The notes below the pieces were generated by a model that worked only from the letters and a program-made list of their open reading frames with translations, did not search any database and had not been told where the DNA came from. A DNA stretch of 48,497 bases, from contig JAVZLS010000012.1 of NCBI GenBank assembly GCA_038883715.1, forward strand, positions 1-48,497, given 5' to 3'. Positions 8,604 through 18,145 of the stretch are shown here, one piece after another; the stretch's first letter is position 1, and each line of letters begins with the position of its first letter. Source of the DNA: Candidatus Bathyarchaeia archaeon (lineage in GTDB: Archaea > Thermoproteota > Bathyarchaeia > Bathyarchaeales > Bathycorpusculaceae). The position numbers and the translations under genes are program-made.

Positions 8604-10814
8604 TTGCCAAGGTTTAGGCAAACCAGCGAAATTCTCAAGCTTATGCATAGAAAGGAGGATATCCGCAACATTGGCATAATAGCCCACATAGACCATGGAA
8701 AAACAACTATGACGGATTCTCTTTTGGCTGAGGCTGGCTTACTTTCGCCCAGAATAGCCGGAGAGGCCCGGGCTTTGGACTATTTGGAGGAGGAACAGAA
8801 GCGTGGAATTACAATTAAGACGGCTAATATTTCGCTTTTGCATGAGATTGGCGGACGCCCATACGTCATAAACTTGGTTGATACGCCGGGGCATGTGGAC
8901 TTTACTGGTAAGGTTACGAGGGCTTTGAGGGCCATTGACGGTGCAGTGGTTGTCGTGGATGCTGTGGAGGAGGTTATGGTTCAAACAGAGACCGTGACGA
9001 GGCAAGCCTTAGAAGAGAGGGTTCGCCCAGTTCTATTCATTAACAAGGTTGACCGCTTAGTAAAGGAGTTAAGGCTTACCCAAAGCGAGATTCAGGACAA
9101 GTTTACGCGGATTATCAGAGACTTCAACAACCTAATAGAGCTTTATGGAGAGCCAGACTTCAAGGAAAAGTGGAAGGTTGACCCTCAAAAGGAGACGGTG
9201 GCTTTTGGTTCTGCGTTGCACCGTTGGGGCTTTACACTAAAAATTGCACAGGAGAAGAACATCAAAATCAGCGACGTAATGGAGGCTTACATGCGAGGCG
9301 AACACCAAAAACTTGCACAGCTGATTCCGCTTCATAACGCCATTCTAGACATGGTGGTGAAAAACATTCCAAACCCCATAGAAGCCCAAAGGTATAGGCT
9401 GCCCAAAATATGGAAAGGCGACTTAACGTCTGAAATTGGGCAAGCCATGCTGAACTGCGACGACAACGGACCAACAGTCATGTGCATAACAATGGCGCAA
9501 ATGGACCCCCACGCTGGTTTGGTGGCAACTGGAAGGCTTTTCTCAGGTTCTGTTAAGGAGGGGGACCAGGTTTATCTGGTGGGTGCGCGCAAAGACTACC
9601 GCGTTCAGCAGGTTTCCATGTATATGGGCGCCTTCAGAGAAGTCGTTGACAAGATAGCGGCTGGGAATATTGCGGCGCTTTTGGGATTGGATTTGGCTAG
9701 GGCTGGGGAAACCCTTGTGGATTTAGCCCACAAAGACGTCATGGTTTCCTTTGAACGTATAAAGTATGTTTCAGAACCCGTCATAACAATTGCCATTGAA
9801 CCAAAACACCCAAAGGATTTGCCGCGTCTAGTGGACGCCATGAACAGACTCTCCATTGAAGACCCAAACCTTATAACCACCATAAACAGGGAAACGGGCG
9901 AGTATTTGCTGAGCGGAATGGGCGAGCTTCACCTCGAAATTGCCGTGAAATTCCTTCGGGATTATGGCGGCGGACTGGAAATCATAACCTCAACGCCAAT
10001 AGTGGTTTACCGGGAAAGCGTTGTCGGCAGAGGCGTAGTAGCCATGGCCAAAAGCCCCAACAAACACAACAGGTTCTGGGTTCAAGTTGAACCGCTGGAG
10101 GAGAGGGTTATAAACCTAATAGAGGCTGGTGAAATAGCCGAAGAAATGGGGAGAAAACAGATTGGAAACATACTCTTCAAGGAGGCTGGATGGCCAGCCG
10201 AGGAGGCGCGAAACATTCTGGCTATAGACGAGCACCGTAACATACTCATAGACGCGACAAAAGGCGTCCAATACCTAGGAGAAGCTAGAGAAATGATTAT
10301 TGCCGGTTTTAGGTGGGCTTGCAGGGCTGGACCACTGTGCGAGGAACCCATCCGAGGAGTGAAAGTCAAGCTTATGGACGCCCAACTCCACGAGGATCCA
10401 GTTCACCGCGGACCAGCACAAATTATGCCAGCCATTCGCCGTGCAATCTTAGGCTCTTTTTTGACGGCTAAACCAGTGCTTCTGGAACCCGTTTATAAGA
10501 TTGGAGTTTCTGTTCCAGCTCAATGGGTTGGGGATTGCATAAGCATAATAACCCGGAAAAGGGGGAAAATACTGGCTTCGGAGCAGAGGGGCATCCTAAC
10601 GATGATTGCTGGTTATATTCCAGTGGCTGAAACCTTTGGATTGTCGGCTGAGATGCGCTCAGCCACTTCTGGGCATGCTTTTTGGCAATGCACTTTCGAC
10701 CATTGGGAAAGGGTTCCAGAAAACATAGCCTCAGAAGTTGTTAGGCGAATACGCGAAAGAAAGGGGCTATCACCAGAAAAGCCGACGCCGGACATGTTCA
10801 TAGACGAAGAATAA
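8604..10814 (+). CDS. fusA: Translation elongation factor 2 (canonical type)
   Basis: AHIDHGKTT, EEEQKRGITI, DTPGHVDF, NKVD, diphthamide loop HEDPVHRGPAQI. TTG at 8604 (MPRFRQ...) chosen because it aligns with the paralogue's MGRYRQ. Confidence 0.93.
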   Translation: MPRFRQTSEILKLMHRKEDIRNIGIIAHIDHGKTTMTDSLLAEAGLLSPRIAGEARALDYLEEEQKRGITIKTANISLLHEIGGRPYVINLVDTPGHVDFTGKVTRALRAIDGAVVVVDAVEEVMVQTETVTRQALEERVRPVLFINKVDRLVKELRLTQSEIQDKFTRIIRDFNNLIELYGEPDFKEKWKVDPQKETVAFGSALHRWGFTLKIAQEKNIKISDVMEAYMRGEHQKLAQLIPLHNAILDMVVKNIPNPIEAQRYRLPKIWKGDLTSEIGQAMLNCDDNGPTVMCITMAQMDPHAGLVATGRLFSGSVKEGDQVYLVGARKDYRVQQVSMYMGAFREVVDKIAAGNIAALLGLDLARAGETLVDLAHKDVMVSFERIKYVSEPVITIAIEPKHPKDLPRLVDAMNRLSIEDPNLITTINRETGEYLLSGMGELHLEIAVKFLRDYGGGLEIITSTPIVVYRESVVGRGVVAMAKSPNKHNRFWVQVEPLEERVINLIEAGEIAEEMGRKQIGNILFKEAGWPAEEARNILAIDEHRNILIDATKGVQYLGEAREMIIAGFRWACRAGPLCEEPIRGVKVKLMDAQLHEDPVHRGPAQIMPAIRRAILGSFLTAKPVLLEPVYKIGVSVPAQWVGDCISIITRKRGKILASEQRGILTMIAGYIPVAETFGLSAEMRSATSGHAFWQCTFDHWERVPENIASEVVRRIRERKGLSPEKPTPDMFIDEE

Positions 10815-10838
10815 TGCGCTTATGTGAAGTGAAAGCTT

Positions 10839-11726
10839 ATGGAGATTGTTTTGAAGCCTTGGCAGCCTTTCAATTTAGATTTGACACTGTGTTGTGGTCA
10901 AGCCTTTAGATGGGAAAAGGTCGGCGAGTGGTGGTATGGCATGATTAAAGACGCCCCATTAAAGGTTAGGCAAACTGGCAATACGCTTAAGTTTGAAGGC
11001 GCTAACTCCAGCCTTGTCAAAACCTATTTTGGGCTTGACGACGATTTGCCCCTAATTTTATCAGAAGTAGCAAAAGACAAGCACATCGGAGAAGCTGTTA
11101 AGGCTCTTAAAGGCTTGCGGATTTTGCGCCAAGACCCTTGGGAGTGCCTTATCTCTTACATATGCGCCACCTACAAGAACATACCAGCCATAAAAAGGAT
11201 GCTTGACAATCTCTCCAAACGTTTCGGAGAAAAAACGTGGCTGAATGGCTGCACCATGTATGCTTTCCCAACAGCAGAAAAACTTGCAAAAGCAAGTCCC
11301 ACGCAGCTAGCCGAGTGCGGTTTAGGCTACAGAGCCAAGTACGTCCATGAAGCCGCCAAAAAAGTTGCCGACGGCGAACTTGAAATCGAAGAGCTTAAAA
11401 AAGAAGACTATGAAAGCGCCAGAGAAAGGTTGCTGGCTTTGAAGGGCGTAGGCTTAAAAGTGGCGGACTGCGTGGCGCTTTTCTCCCTAGAAAAGCTTGA
11501 GGCTTTTCCAGTGGACGTTTGGATGAAACGTGTAATGGTAAGGCATTACGCAAACCACTTTGAAAAAGAGTTCATTGAGAAAATTTCACTTAAAAAGTCA
11601 TTGACAAGGGCGGATTATGAAAGGCTTAGCCTTTTTGGACGGAGATATTTCGGAGCTTATGCTGGCTACGCCCAAGAATATCTATTCCATTTTGAAAGAA
11701 TAACGGCGAGGCAGACCATAAGCTAG
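10839..11726 (+). CDS. ogg: 8-oxoguanine DNA glycosylase (OGG_N + HhH-GPD)
   Basis: TLCCGQAFRW, LRILRQDPWECLISYI, GLGYRAKY, LKGVGLKVADCV, AFPVDVW, YAGYAQEYLF. Confidence 0.9.
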   Translation: MEIVLKPWQPFNLDLTLCCGQAFRWEKVGEWWYGMIKDAPLKVRQTGNTLKFEGANSSLVKTYFGLDDDLPLILSEVAKDKHIGEAVKALKGLRILRQDPWECLISYICATYKNIPAIKRMLDNLSKRFGEKTWLNGCTMYAFPTAEKLAKASPTQLAECGLGYRAKYVHEAAKKVADGELEIEELKKEDYESARERLLALKGVGLKVADCVALFSLEKLEAFPVDVWMKRVMVRHYANHFEKEFIEKISLKKSLTRADYERLSLFGRRYFGAYAGYAQEYLFHFERITARQTIS

Positions 11727-12098
11727 CTAGATAAGGTTTTTCTCTTTGAGGGTTTGCGCTGCCCAGCTTCCATGAGTCGTCGCCATGGATATGGCTTCTG
11801 AAATAAACCTCTGAACAACTGTGTAGTTGTGCTGCCTCACTTGTTCGGCGGCTTTTTGAAGTTTTGAAGCTATATCCCTAAAACCCTCCACTTGGGAGGC
11901 ATTAGCCGCAATGTTAACCTCAACAATTAAGGCGTTAAGATAAGCTGCCAATAGTTTTTCAGCGCCGGTGGCTTCCGCTTCATCCTTTATTCCGCCTAAA
12001 AGCTCTAGTAGGCTTGAAGCCATGATAAGGCTTGTTTTAATCTTCTCCACATAATTGAAGACCGTTAAAGCCTTTTTAGCATCCTCCAAAGTCTTCAT
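11727..12098 (-). CDS. Helical hypothetical protein coupled to the thioredoxin-like gene
   Basis: ATG at 12098 overlaps the upstream TGA (ATGA overlap). Confidence 0.65.
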   Translation of the reverse strand: MKTLEDAKKALTVFNYVEKIKTSLIMASSLLELLGGIKDEAEATGAEKLLAAYLNALIVEVNIAANASQVEGFRDIASKLQKAAEQVRQHNYTVVQRFISEAISMATTHGSWAAQTLKEKNLI

Positions 12099-12409
12099 CT
12101 CTTTATTTCCGAAAAGGCTCTGGCACGCCACTTCTCCAGTCTTTTACGGACTTCATCCTCAAGTCTCTCCTTAGAGATGAGGTGCCCAATTACTATGACT
12201 TCGTCGCCCAAAACTATGCTCGGAGTGCTCATGATTTGGTAGGCGAGCCCCTCAGCTAAGCCTTCTTGGGTGTTCATATCCACTTCACGATACGGTAAGC
12301 CAAGCTTTTGGGCAACTTCAATAGCTATTTGCCTTGCCACTGAACAACTTGAGCATGTTGGCATCGTGAAAACTTTAAGTTCTGGAGCCTTAACACCAAA
12401 GCCTTCCAT
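12095..12409 (-). CDS. Thioredoxin/glutaredoxin-like protein
   Basis: VFTMPTCSSC (CxxC) and IMSTPSIV cis-Pro motif. Confidence 0.85.
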   Translation of the reverse strand: MEGFGVKAPELKVFTMPTCSSCSVARQIAIEVAQKLGLPYREVDMNTQEGLAEGLAYQIMSTPSIVLGDEVIVIGHLISKERLEDEVRKRLEKWRARAFSEIKR

Positions 12410-12555
12410 AATTCTAAATTAGCGGTGCAGCATCCTTAAAATTGTTTTGACGCTCTTGCCATAAACACGTTAAAAGGATTCCCGCCTAAGGCATAGTTTT
12501 AACCGTAAAACTTTCATAATGGCAAAACAAATTCTATTTTCAACCGAAAAGCAAG

Positions 12556-12630
12556 GGGCCCGTAGCTCAGCTAGGTTAGAGCGACAGGCTCATAACCTGT
12601 TGGTCGCCGGTTCAAATCCGGCCGGGCCCA
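12556..12630 (+). tRNA. tRNA with CAU anticodon, most likely tRNA-Ile2; intronless, CCA not encoded
   Basis: Acceptor stem GGGCCCG/CGGGCCC, anticodon arm ACAGG-CTCATAA-CCTGT (CAT at 12591-12593), T loop TTCAAAT, discriminator A. The GGGCCC acceptor stem is typical of archaeal Ile rather than Met tRNAs. Confidence 0.93.
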
Positions 12631-12647
12631 CTACACCACACAAAATT

Positions 12648-13127
12648 TTAAGCCTTTAGCTTCTTGACCAGAGTGGCTGTTCTTTTTCCAAGTTCGCGGC
12701 AATACTCAAGCTCTTCTTTGCCGGGTTTTTCCACCGCCGCCGCGCCATAGTGTTTGTCGTTTGCTCTTCCTTGAACGATCATCCCATGAATTAGCATGGC
12801 ATTTATTATGGACAAGAGTGTTGTTTCGGCGCCTGTGGCTGTTCCTCCAGAACTTGTGAAGGCTGCGCCAACTTTTCCTTCAAGTTTTCCATGAATTTTC
12901 ACGGACTCGTCTATCAGCGCCTTGAGCTTGGCTGACATCTGCCCATAATATGTTGGAGAGCCCATTATTATGCCGTCCGCTGCCAACAAGTCTTCAAGGC
13001 TTGTTTGGTCAACCTTCTTGACATTAACCTTAACGTCTTCAACCCGTCTTGCGCCCTCAGCTACGGCATAAGCCATTTTCTCAGTATTCCCAGTTTTAGA
13101 ATCGTAAACAATAAGGATTTTCGCCAT
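12648..13127 (-). CDS. Flavodoxin / WrbA-like NAD(P)H-dependent oxidoreductase
   Basis: YDSKTGNTEKMA FMN loop, GSPTYYG, GKVGAAFTSSGG. Confidence 0.9.
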   Translation of the reverse strand: MAKILIVYDSKTGNTEKMAYAVAEGARRVEDVKVNVKKVDQTSLEDLLAADGIIMGSPTYYGQMSAKLKALIDESVKIHGKLEGKVGAAFTSSGGTATGAETTLLSIINAMLIHGMIVQGRANDKHYGAAAVEKPGKEELEYCRELGKRTATLVKKLKA

Positions 13128-13274
13128 ACCAACACCACCAGCCTTTTAGGGACAAACTCTCATTTGAAAAGGCTTCAGCTTTAAATTTTGCCCTTTCTCC
13201 AATGCTTTTGGCGGCTGACGCGCGAATAGAAGATTCTTCCATAAGCTATAAGAGGCTAAAATGTGCTAAATTTC

Positions 13275-13350
13275 TGGGGAGAATGGTGGAGCCTTTTTAG
13301 AGGGGAGAAAGGAGAGAAGGGAGAAAATCCGAACACCACCATTCTCCCCA
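13275..13350. repeat. Perfect 15-bp inverted repeat enclosing a strongly purine/pyrimidine-biased 46-nt loop
   Basis: TGGGGAGAATGGTGG (13275-13289) and CCACCATTCTCCCCA (13336-13350) are exact reverse complements. Confidence 0.85.
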
Positions 13351-13421
13351 TCATCCTTCCATGCGTATCTCTAATGTTGCTTTTAAACTTTTCCTTCCAT
13401 TTCTAATTAAACCCAACCCAA

Positions 13422-14249
13422 TTAAGGTGTCCCATATGCCGCCTGCCTAATTTCAGCCTTAAACATTTCTGTGTCTATGAAGAAGGTGTGGATTGGCTTG
13501 GCGTTCACAATAAGCCACCAGTTTCCCCGCTTTATTGATTCCTCAGGCTTTTCCCACTCGTTTATCATCTCAATTCTTATGTTAGGCAATATCTCCCTAA
13601 TCATCGCCTCTATCTTTTTCGCAAATGGATAGGAAAACTGACACTTTTGATCATAAAATATTATTGCTTTACTGGTATCCTCCAGCGGCTCATATTTCGC
13701 TTTTGGAACTGGTTCGTATTCGCCCTCTATGGGAAGATACATCATGCTTCCTTGGGCACCCGTTGCCATAAAAGCATATTCACCCGTCGCGATAAAACCA
13801 TATTTCATGTAAAAATCGGGCATGGGGAGGAGCTCGCAGTGTTGAAGGCGTTTGCCAAAATAAACTCGCATGGTTTATTGCCAAGACATGATTTTCTCTC
13901 CTTGACATCCTTAATAACGCCTTGCAACAACATCCTGCCCAGTCCTAGCCTCTGCGCTTCCAATGTTGGGTTGTAAATGCAGTTTATGACGAGGACGCCT
14001 TCACGCCTAAACGCCTTTGCTTTATCAGCCACTTCTGGATAGTAGAGGATTTGGGCTGCCGATTTATCGTTGTAGTAGGCGACTTTTGCACAAGAACCAT
14101 AATTGTCAAGCATTTCCTTAAGCCAAAGCCCTCTTAAGCCCAACACCTTCTTGATGGACAGGGTCGCCGAGCCTCTGAGAAGAGCAGACATGGATTACGT
14201 CGTCCATGTTTGAGTCTTGAAGGTTTTCAATTTTCAGTTTATTTTGCAT
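13422..14249 (-). pseudogene. GNAT acetyltransferase with YoaP-like C-terminus, broken by two frameshifts
   Basis: ATG at 14249 gives MQNKLKIENL..VC..KR and stops at TAA 14118-14120; WLKEML..VLVINCIY..GLGRMLL continues in another frame; ELLPMPDFYMKYGF..YDQKCQF returns to the original frame. Confidence 0.8.
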
Positions 14250-14254
14250 GGCCT

Positions 14255-14833
14255 TTACCTTGTTTTCGGCTTTTCGCCCATCTCCCCTATAATCTCGTCA
14301 ACGGTCATTATTTTCGCATTATAAACGTACTCCAAGTACTTTAAACCCTGTTCGTGGTCCTCTTGCGTGAAGGATTCCACGCCATCCCTTGCCACAATTA
14401 TTTTGTAGCCTCTGAAGAATGCGTCCGCAGCCGTGTGCCGCACGCAAATGTGAGTATGCAAACCGCCCAAAACAACGGTTCTCACGCCCTCGCCGTTGTA
14501 TAGGCTTCTTAAAAGCGGGTCCAAGCCAGTCTCGTAAAAACCGCTGTAGGTTCGCTTCTCCACAACAAAATCCTTGTCGGTAGGCTTAAGCTCTGGAATA
14601 ACCTCGGCGCCCCTGGTGCCTTTTATAGCATGTTTGCCCCAGCGGTGGACAACCTCAAAATCGTTAGGATAATGCGCATCATTACTGTAGATTACGGGAA
14701 CACCATATTTGCGGGCAGCCTCAACAAGCCTCTTAAGATTTGGAATTATGCGCTGAGCCCTTTCACACTTTAAATCGCCAGTGACAAAGTCATTGAGCAT
14801 GTCAATTATTATTACACACATCCTTTCTTGCAT
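14255..14833 (-). CDS. Isochorismatase-family cysteine hydrolase (nicotinamidase-like)
   Basis: IIDMLNDF, EKRTYSGF, GLHTHICVRHTA (D-K-C triad). Confidence 0.9.
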   Translation of the reverse strand: MQERMCVIIIDMLNDFVTGDLKCERAQRIIPNLKRLVEAARKYGVPVIYSNDAHYPNDFEVVHRWGKHAIKGTRGAEVIPELKPTDKDFVVEKRTYSGFYETGLDPLLRSLYNGEGVRTVVLGGLHTHICVRHTAADAFFRGYKIIVARDGVESFTQEDHEQGLKYLEYVYNAKIMTVDEIIGEMGEKPKTR

Positions 14834-14912
14834 GATTCAATATTTTTGGCTTTATGAATTTATCACTTACGTTTCAACAAATCTAGCATAAAAAATGGAA
14901 AGGGTTCAAGAC

Positions 14913-15614
14913 CTAGGTTGGCAATGATGGTGGCGGGGCGTTCGGCGCCGTTGGAGTTTTCCTTCTACACATTATTATAAGGGCGACAACGGCAACAACA
15001 ATCATAATAGCCAAAATGATTATTATAAAAGGCAGCCAATCTAAACCGAGAATAAACATATTTGTATTAGTCGCCTTTATATTAACTGTGGCATATCCAG
15101 TTTCATATGAAGCTGAACCTTTCATTTCTAAGAGTACTCCGGTGGCTTGGTCCCAATAAACTTCCAAATTCATATACTTGGACTTCAAGGCTCTTCTGCC
15201 ATGCCAATCTACTGTCTCTTGCACGGTCATGTCTGTTTCTGGAATAGATTTCCCAGCATCCAAATTCGATGGAATCAGTAAGGAGAAAAACATGCCGGAA
15301 CTTGTCCAAGATGGAATGTGAATGGAAAAGGATTTTAAGCCCGGAGAAATCGGCGGGGTGTCGGGAGGGGAGCCAGAAGTTGTGCCGACAACTTCTATGA
15401 CTCCTGAAATGCTCACGCTGGTGACTTCTTGAATTGTCATATTTATTGTACCCTTAAAAGAATACGTTGAAGATTGATATGAAAATGAAACATCAGCGTC
15501 GTATTTTATCCAGTCTCCGCTTTTAACACCTGTTGTGTATTGTGCCATTGCCGGGAACATCACAGTAAAAGCAAGGCAAACCGACAAAATTAGCGGCACC
15601 AATCGTTCCAACAT
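14913..15614 (-). CDS. Secreted membrane-anchored protein, paralogue 1 (Pro-rich tail)
   Basis: Signal peptide ending AMA, QYTTGVKSGDWIKYD, YWDQATGVLLE, C-terminal TM, RRK and Pro-rich tail; start chosen by alignment with paralogue 2. Confidence 0.8.
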   Translation of the reverse strand: MLERLVPLILSVCLAFTVMFPAMAQYTTGVKSGDWIKYDADVSFSYQSSTYSFKGTINMTIQEVTSVSISGVIEVVGTTSGSPPDTPPISPGLKSFSIHIPSWTSSGMFFSLLIPSNLDAGKSIPETDMTVQETVDWHGRRALKSKYMNLEVYWDQATGVLLEMKGSASYETGYATVNIKATNTNMFILGLDWLPFIIIILAIMIVVAVVALIIMCRRKTPTAPNAPPPSLPT

Positions 15615-15785
15615 TTCCAAATTTTCCCCTTCTCTTGGCGCATTTTCCTTTTCATCCACTTTTAAGGTTTATTATGTAAGTTGAATTGTTTAGCACATAA
15701 CCATGATATCAGATTTGTTTTATACCTTTAAGTTTTCTAGCATAAGAAACAAAAAAGGGAGTGGATAAAAGGCGTTTAAGGATTG

Positions 15786-16469
15786 TTATGTTGGCGGTGG
15801 AGGAGGCGGAGGCGCTGGTTGAACTGGAGACGGTGGCGCTGCCGGAGGTTTCTTTCTCCGCAGTAATATAACAGCTACAACGGCAACAACAGCCACGACA
15901 ACCACAATGATAATCACCCAGAGAAACCAGCCCAAACCGAGACTAAACATGTTAGTGTCAGTTGCCTTTATACTCATTGTAGCAGACCCATAAGGAGTAG
16001 ACATTGAACCTTTTAATTCTAGAAGCACTCCGGTAGCTTGATCCCAGTAAACTTCCACCGGAAAACCGGTAAAACCGGTATTTGCCTTGTATGCTTTTCT
16101 ACCTTGCCAATCCGCTATTGCTTGTACAGTTGCACCTACTCCTGGAATATAATCTCCAACGTTCAAATTTGTGGGAACTATAAAGAAGCTTCCACCACTC
16201 CACGTTGCGATATCGATATAAAATGACGTACCAGGTGGAGTCCCTGGAAAATTGCCTGTCAATTCTACGGTTCCAGAAATAGTTGTGCTAGTAACGGATT
16301 GTATTGTGATCTTTATTGTTCCTTTATAGGACATACCCATATATGAAATGTCAAAGTCGTATTTTATCCAGTCTCCGCTTTTAACTCCAGTGGTATATTG
16401 CGCCATTGCTGGAAGCGCCATGGAAGCAAGGCAACCCAACAAGATAAGTAGTGACAATTGCTTTAACAT
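15786..16469 (-). CDS. Secreted membrane-anchored protein, paralogue 2 (polyproline tail)
   Basis: Same AMAQYTTGVKSGDWIKYD and YWDQATGVLLE blocks; TM then RRKKPPAAPPSPVQPAPPPPPPPT. Confidence 0.82.
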   Translation of the reverse strand: MLKQLSLLILLGCLASMALPAMAQYTTGVKSGDWIKYDFDISYMGMSYKGTIKITIQSVTSTTISGTVELTGNFPGTPPGTSFYIDIATWSGGSFFIVPTNLNVGDYIPGVGATVQAIADWQGRKAYKANTGFTGFPVEVYWDQATGVLLELKGSMSTPYGSATMSIKATDTNMFSLGLGWFLWVIIIVVVVAVVAVVAVILLRRKKPPAAPPSPVQPAPPPPPPPT

Positions 16470-16597
16470 TTTCAAATTTTCTCCTTTCTTAGCGCAGATA
16501 CTTTCTGCACATTTGTTTTTAAAGTTTGTGTCACATTGAATTATTTCGGGTGGTTATGATTGATAGCGAAATCTTAAGTTTCAGAAAACGTTTATCT

Positions 16598-17677
16598 CTA
16601 AATTTTGCTGTTTGCTTCTAGGGTGTACCATCTGTCTGTTAATTTCTCCATGCCGTGGTCTTTAACGTGTACTGTGTCCTCTATTCGGATGCCACCGAAG
16701 CCCACAATATATATACCTGGCTCAACTGTTACAACGTTGCCGACCATTAGCTTATCTTTGCTGTGTTGTCCAAGGACTGGTGGTTCATGCACTTCTAAAC
16801 CTACGCCATGGCCTAGGCTGTGGACAAAGTATTCGCCGTATCCGGCTTCTTCAATGACTTTTCTTGCCACTGTGTCTATGTCTTTTGCTTTTGCCTTCGC
16901 TTTTATGGTTTGAACCGCTTTTTGCTGGGCTGTTTTTACAATTTCGTAGAGGCGTTTCTGTTTTTCTGAAGGTTTTCCAGCCACAAGTGTTCTTGTCATG
17001 TCTGAGCGATAATAGCGATAAGAAGCGCCAATATCCACCACAACCAAGTCGCCTTCGCGGATTATCTTGTCTGTGCAGCCTCCGTGGGGGTAGGCTGAGC
17101 GTACGCCGGAAGCCACTATGGTTTCGAAGGCTGTTCCCCATGAGCCTTTCTTTCTCATGGCGTATTCTATTTCGGCTGCAGCCTCATACTCGCGGATGCC
17201 AGGCCTTATAACCTCATAGGCTGTCTTCATCCCTTCACATGTGAGTTCTCCTGCTTTGCGCATCAGCTCAAGCTCTTCTGGAGTTTTCACTTTTCGGAGT
17301 TCCCAGACAAGTTTGCCTTGGGGCTTAAGCTTGGCCTTGCCTCGCAGAAACTTTGTTAATCCCCGATATGTTTCATAGGTTAATGTGTCGAAAACTAGCT
17401 TTTTTATGCCTAAATCCTTTATTTTTGCGGCAACCTTCGCCGCTAAGTTTTCGTCGCGTTTAACAAGTTCAACAGTAAAGCTTTTACCTTCGGCCTTTGC
17501 CTGCTCATAGTTGACGCCGTAAACATAGAGCATATTTTCACCATTTTTGGGAAATAGTAGGCATGTGGCTCCGGGAAAGCCGGCAAAATAGAGCATGTTA
17601 GCCTCGTTTGTTATTAGGAAGCCGTCAAAATCCTTCTCTTCAAAAGCCTTCCTCTTTAGGGCTTCTATCCTCTTCAA
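16598..17677 (-). CDS. Xaa-Pro aminopeptidase/prolidase (M24B)
   Basis: LRKVKTPEELELMRKA, DIGA..YRSDMTRT, HSLGHGVGLEVHE, TVEPGIY, GGIRIED. Confidence 0.93.
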   Translation of the reverse strand: MKRIEALKRKAFEEKDFDGFLITNEANMLYFAGFPGATCLLFPKNGENMLYVYGVNYEQAKAEGKSFTVELVKRDENLAAKVAAKIKDLGIKKLVFDTLTYETYRGLTKFLRGKAKLKPQGKLVWELRKVKTPEELELMRKAGELTCEGMKTAYEVIRPGIREYEAAAEIEYAMRKKGSWGTAFETIVASGVRSAYPHGGCTDKIIREGDLVVVDIGASYRYYRSDMTRTLVAGKPSEKQKRLYEIVKTAQQKAVQTIKAKAKAKDIDTVARKVIEEAGYGEYFVHSLGHGVGLEVHEPPVLGQHSKDKLMVGNVVTVEPGIYIVGFGGIRIEDTVHVKDHGMEKLTDRWYTLEANSKI

Positions 17678-17757
17678 GGCATTTCACCTTTCAGAAAGGA
17701 GATGTGCTGCGTGTTTGGCTTATAAAATTGTTCTACAATTTTGAGGGAAAAGGATTT

Positions 17758-18051
17758 TTAGCCGCCGCTGACAATGGACATTAAAATTACGTGGTCTCCA
17801 TGTTTGAGTTTTGTTTCCACGCCGCTGCTAAGCTGGTTTAGCAAGTAGCCGTTAACCGTTATTATGAAGCTTTGTTTCACATCTGAGCCGCCGGGTTCGT
17901 AGACGGCTTTGCGGAAGGGCTCGCCATATTTCTCTGCAAGCATGGAAAGTAAATCTGCAAGGGAGGCGCCCTCAGAGATTTCTAGCTCTTCTTCTCTCCC
18001 GCTGCGGATTATCTCCTTAATGTGGCCAATGTATTCAACTTTAACCCTCAA
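17758..18051 (-). CDS. MoaD/ThiS/SAMP ubiquitin-like sulfur carrier
   Basis: ITVNG, LKHGDHV and C-terminal VSGG. Confidence 0.88.
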   Translation of the reverse strand: MRVKVEYIGHIKEIIRSGREEELEISEGASLADLLSMLAEKYGEPFRKAVYEPGGSDVKQSFIITVNGYLLNQLSSGVETKLKHGDHVILMSIVSGG

Positions 18052-18145
18052 TCTTTGTCGGCCCTCTCTATAAAATATACAGATACGGATTTTCTTATAT
18101 CTTTAGTCCTTAAAACCGCTAGATTCCCGTTTATTTTATGCAATT

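Noticed and set aside
12556-12630. tRNA-Met call from the CAT anticodon
   Set aside because: The GGGCCC acceptor stem matches archaeal Ile tRNAs, and initiator features (A1-U72, three G-C pairs in the anticodon stem) are absent; Ile2 is preferred though not proven.
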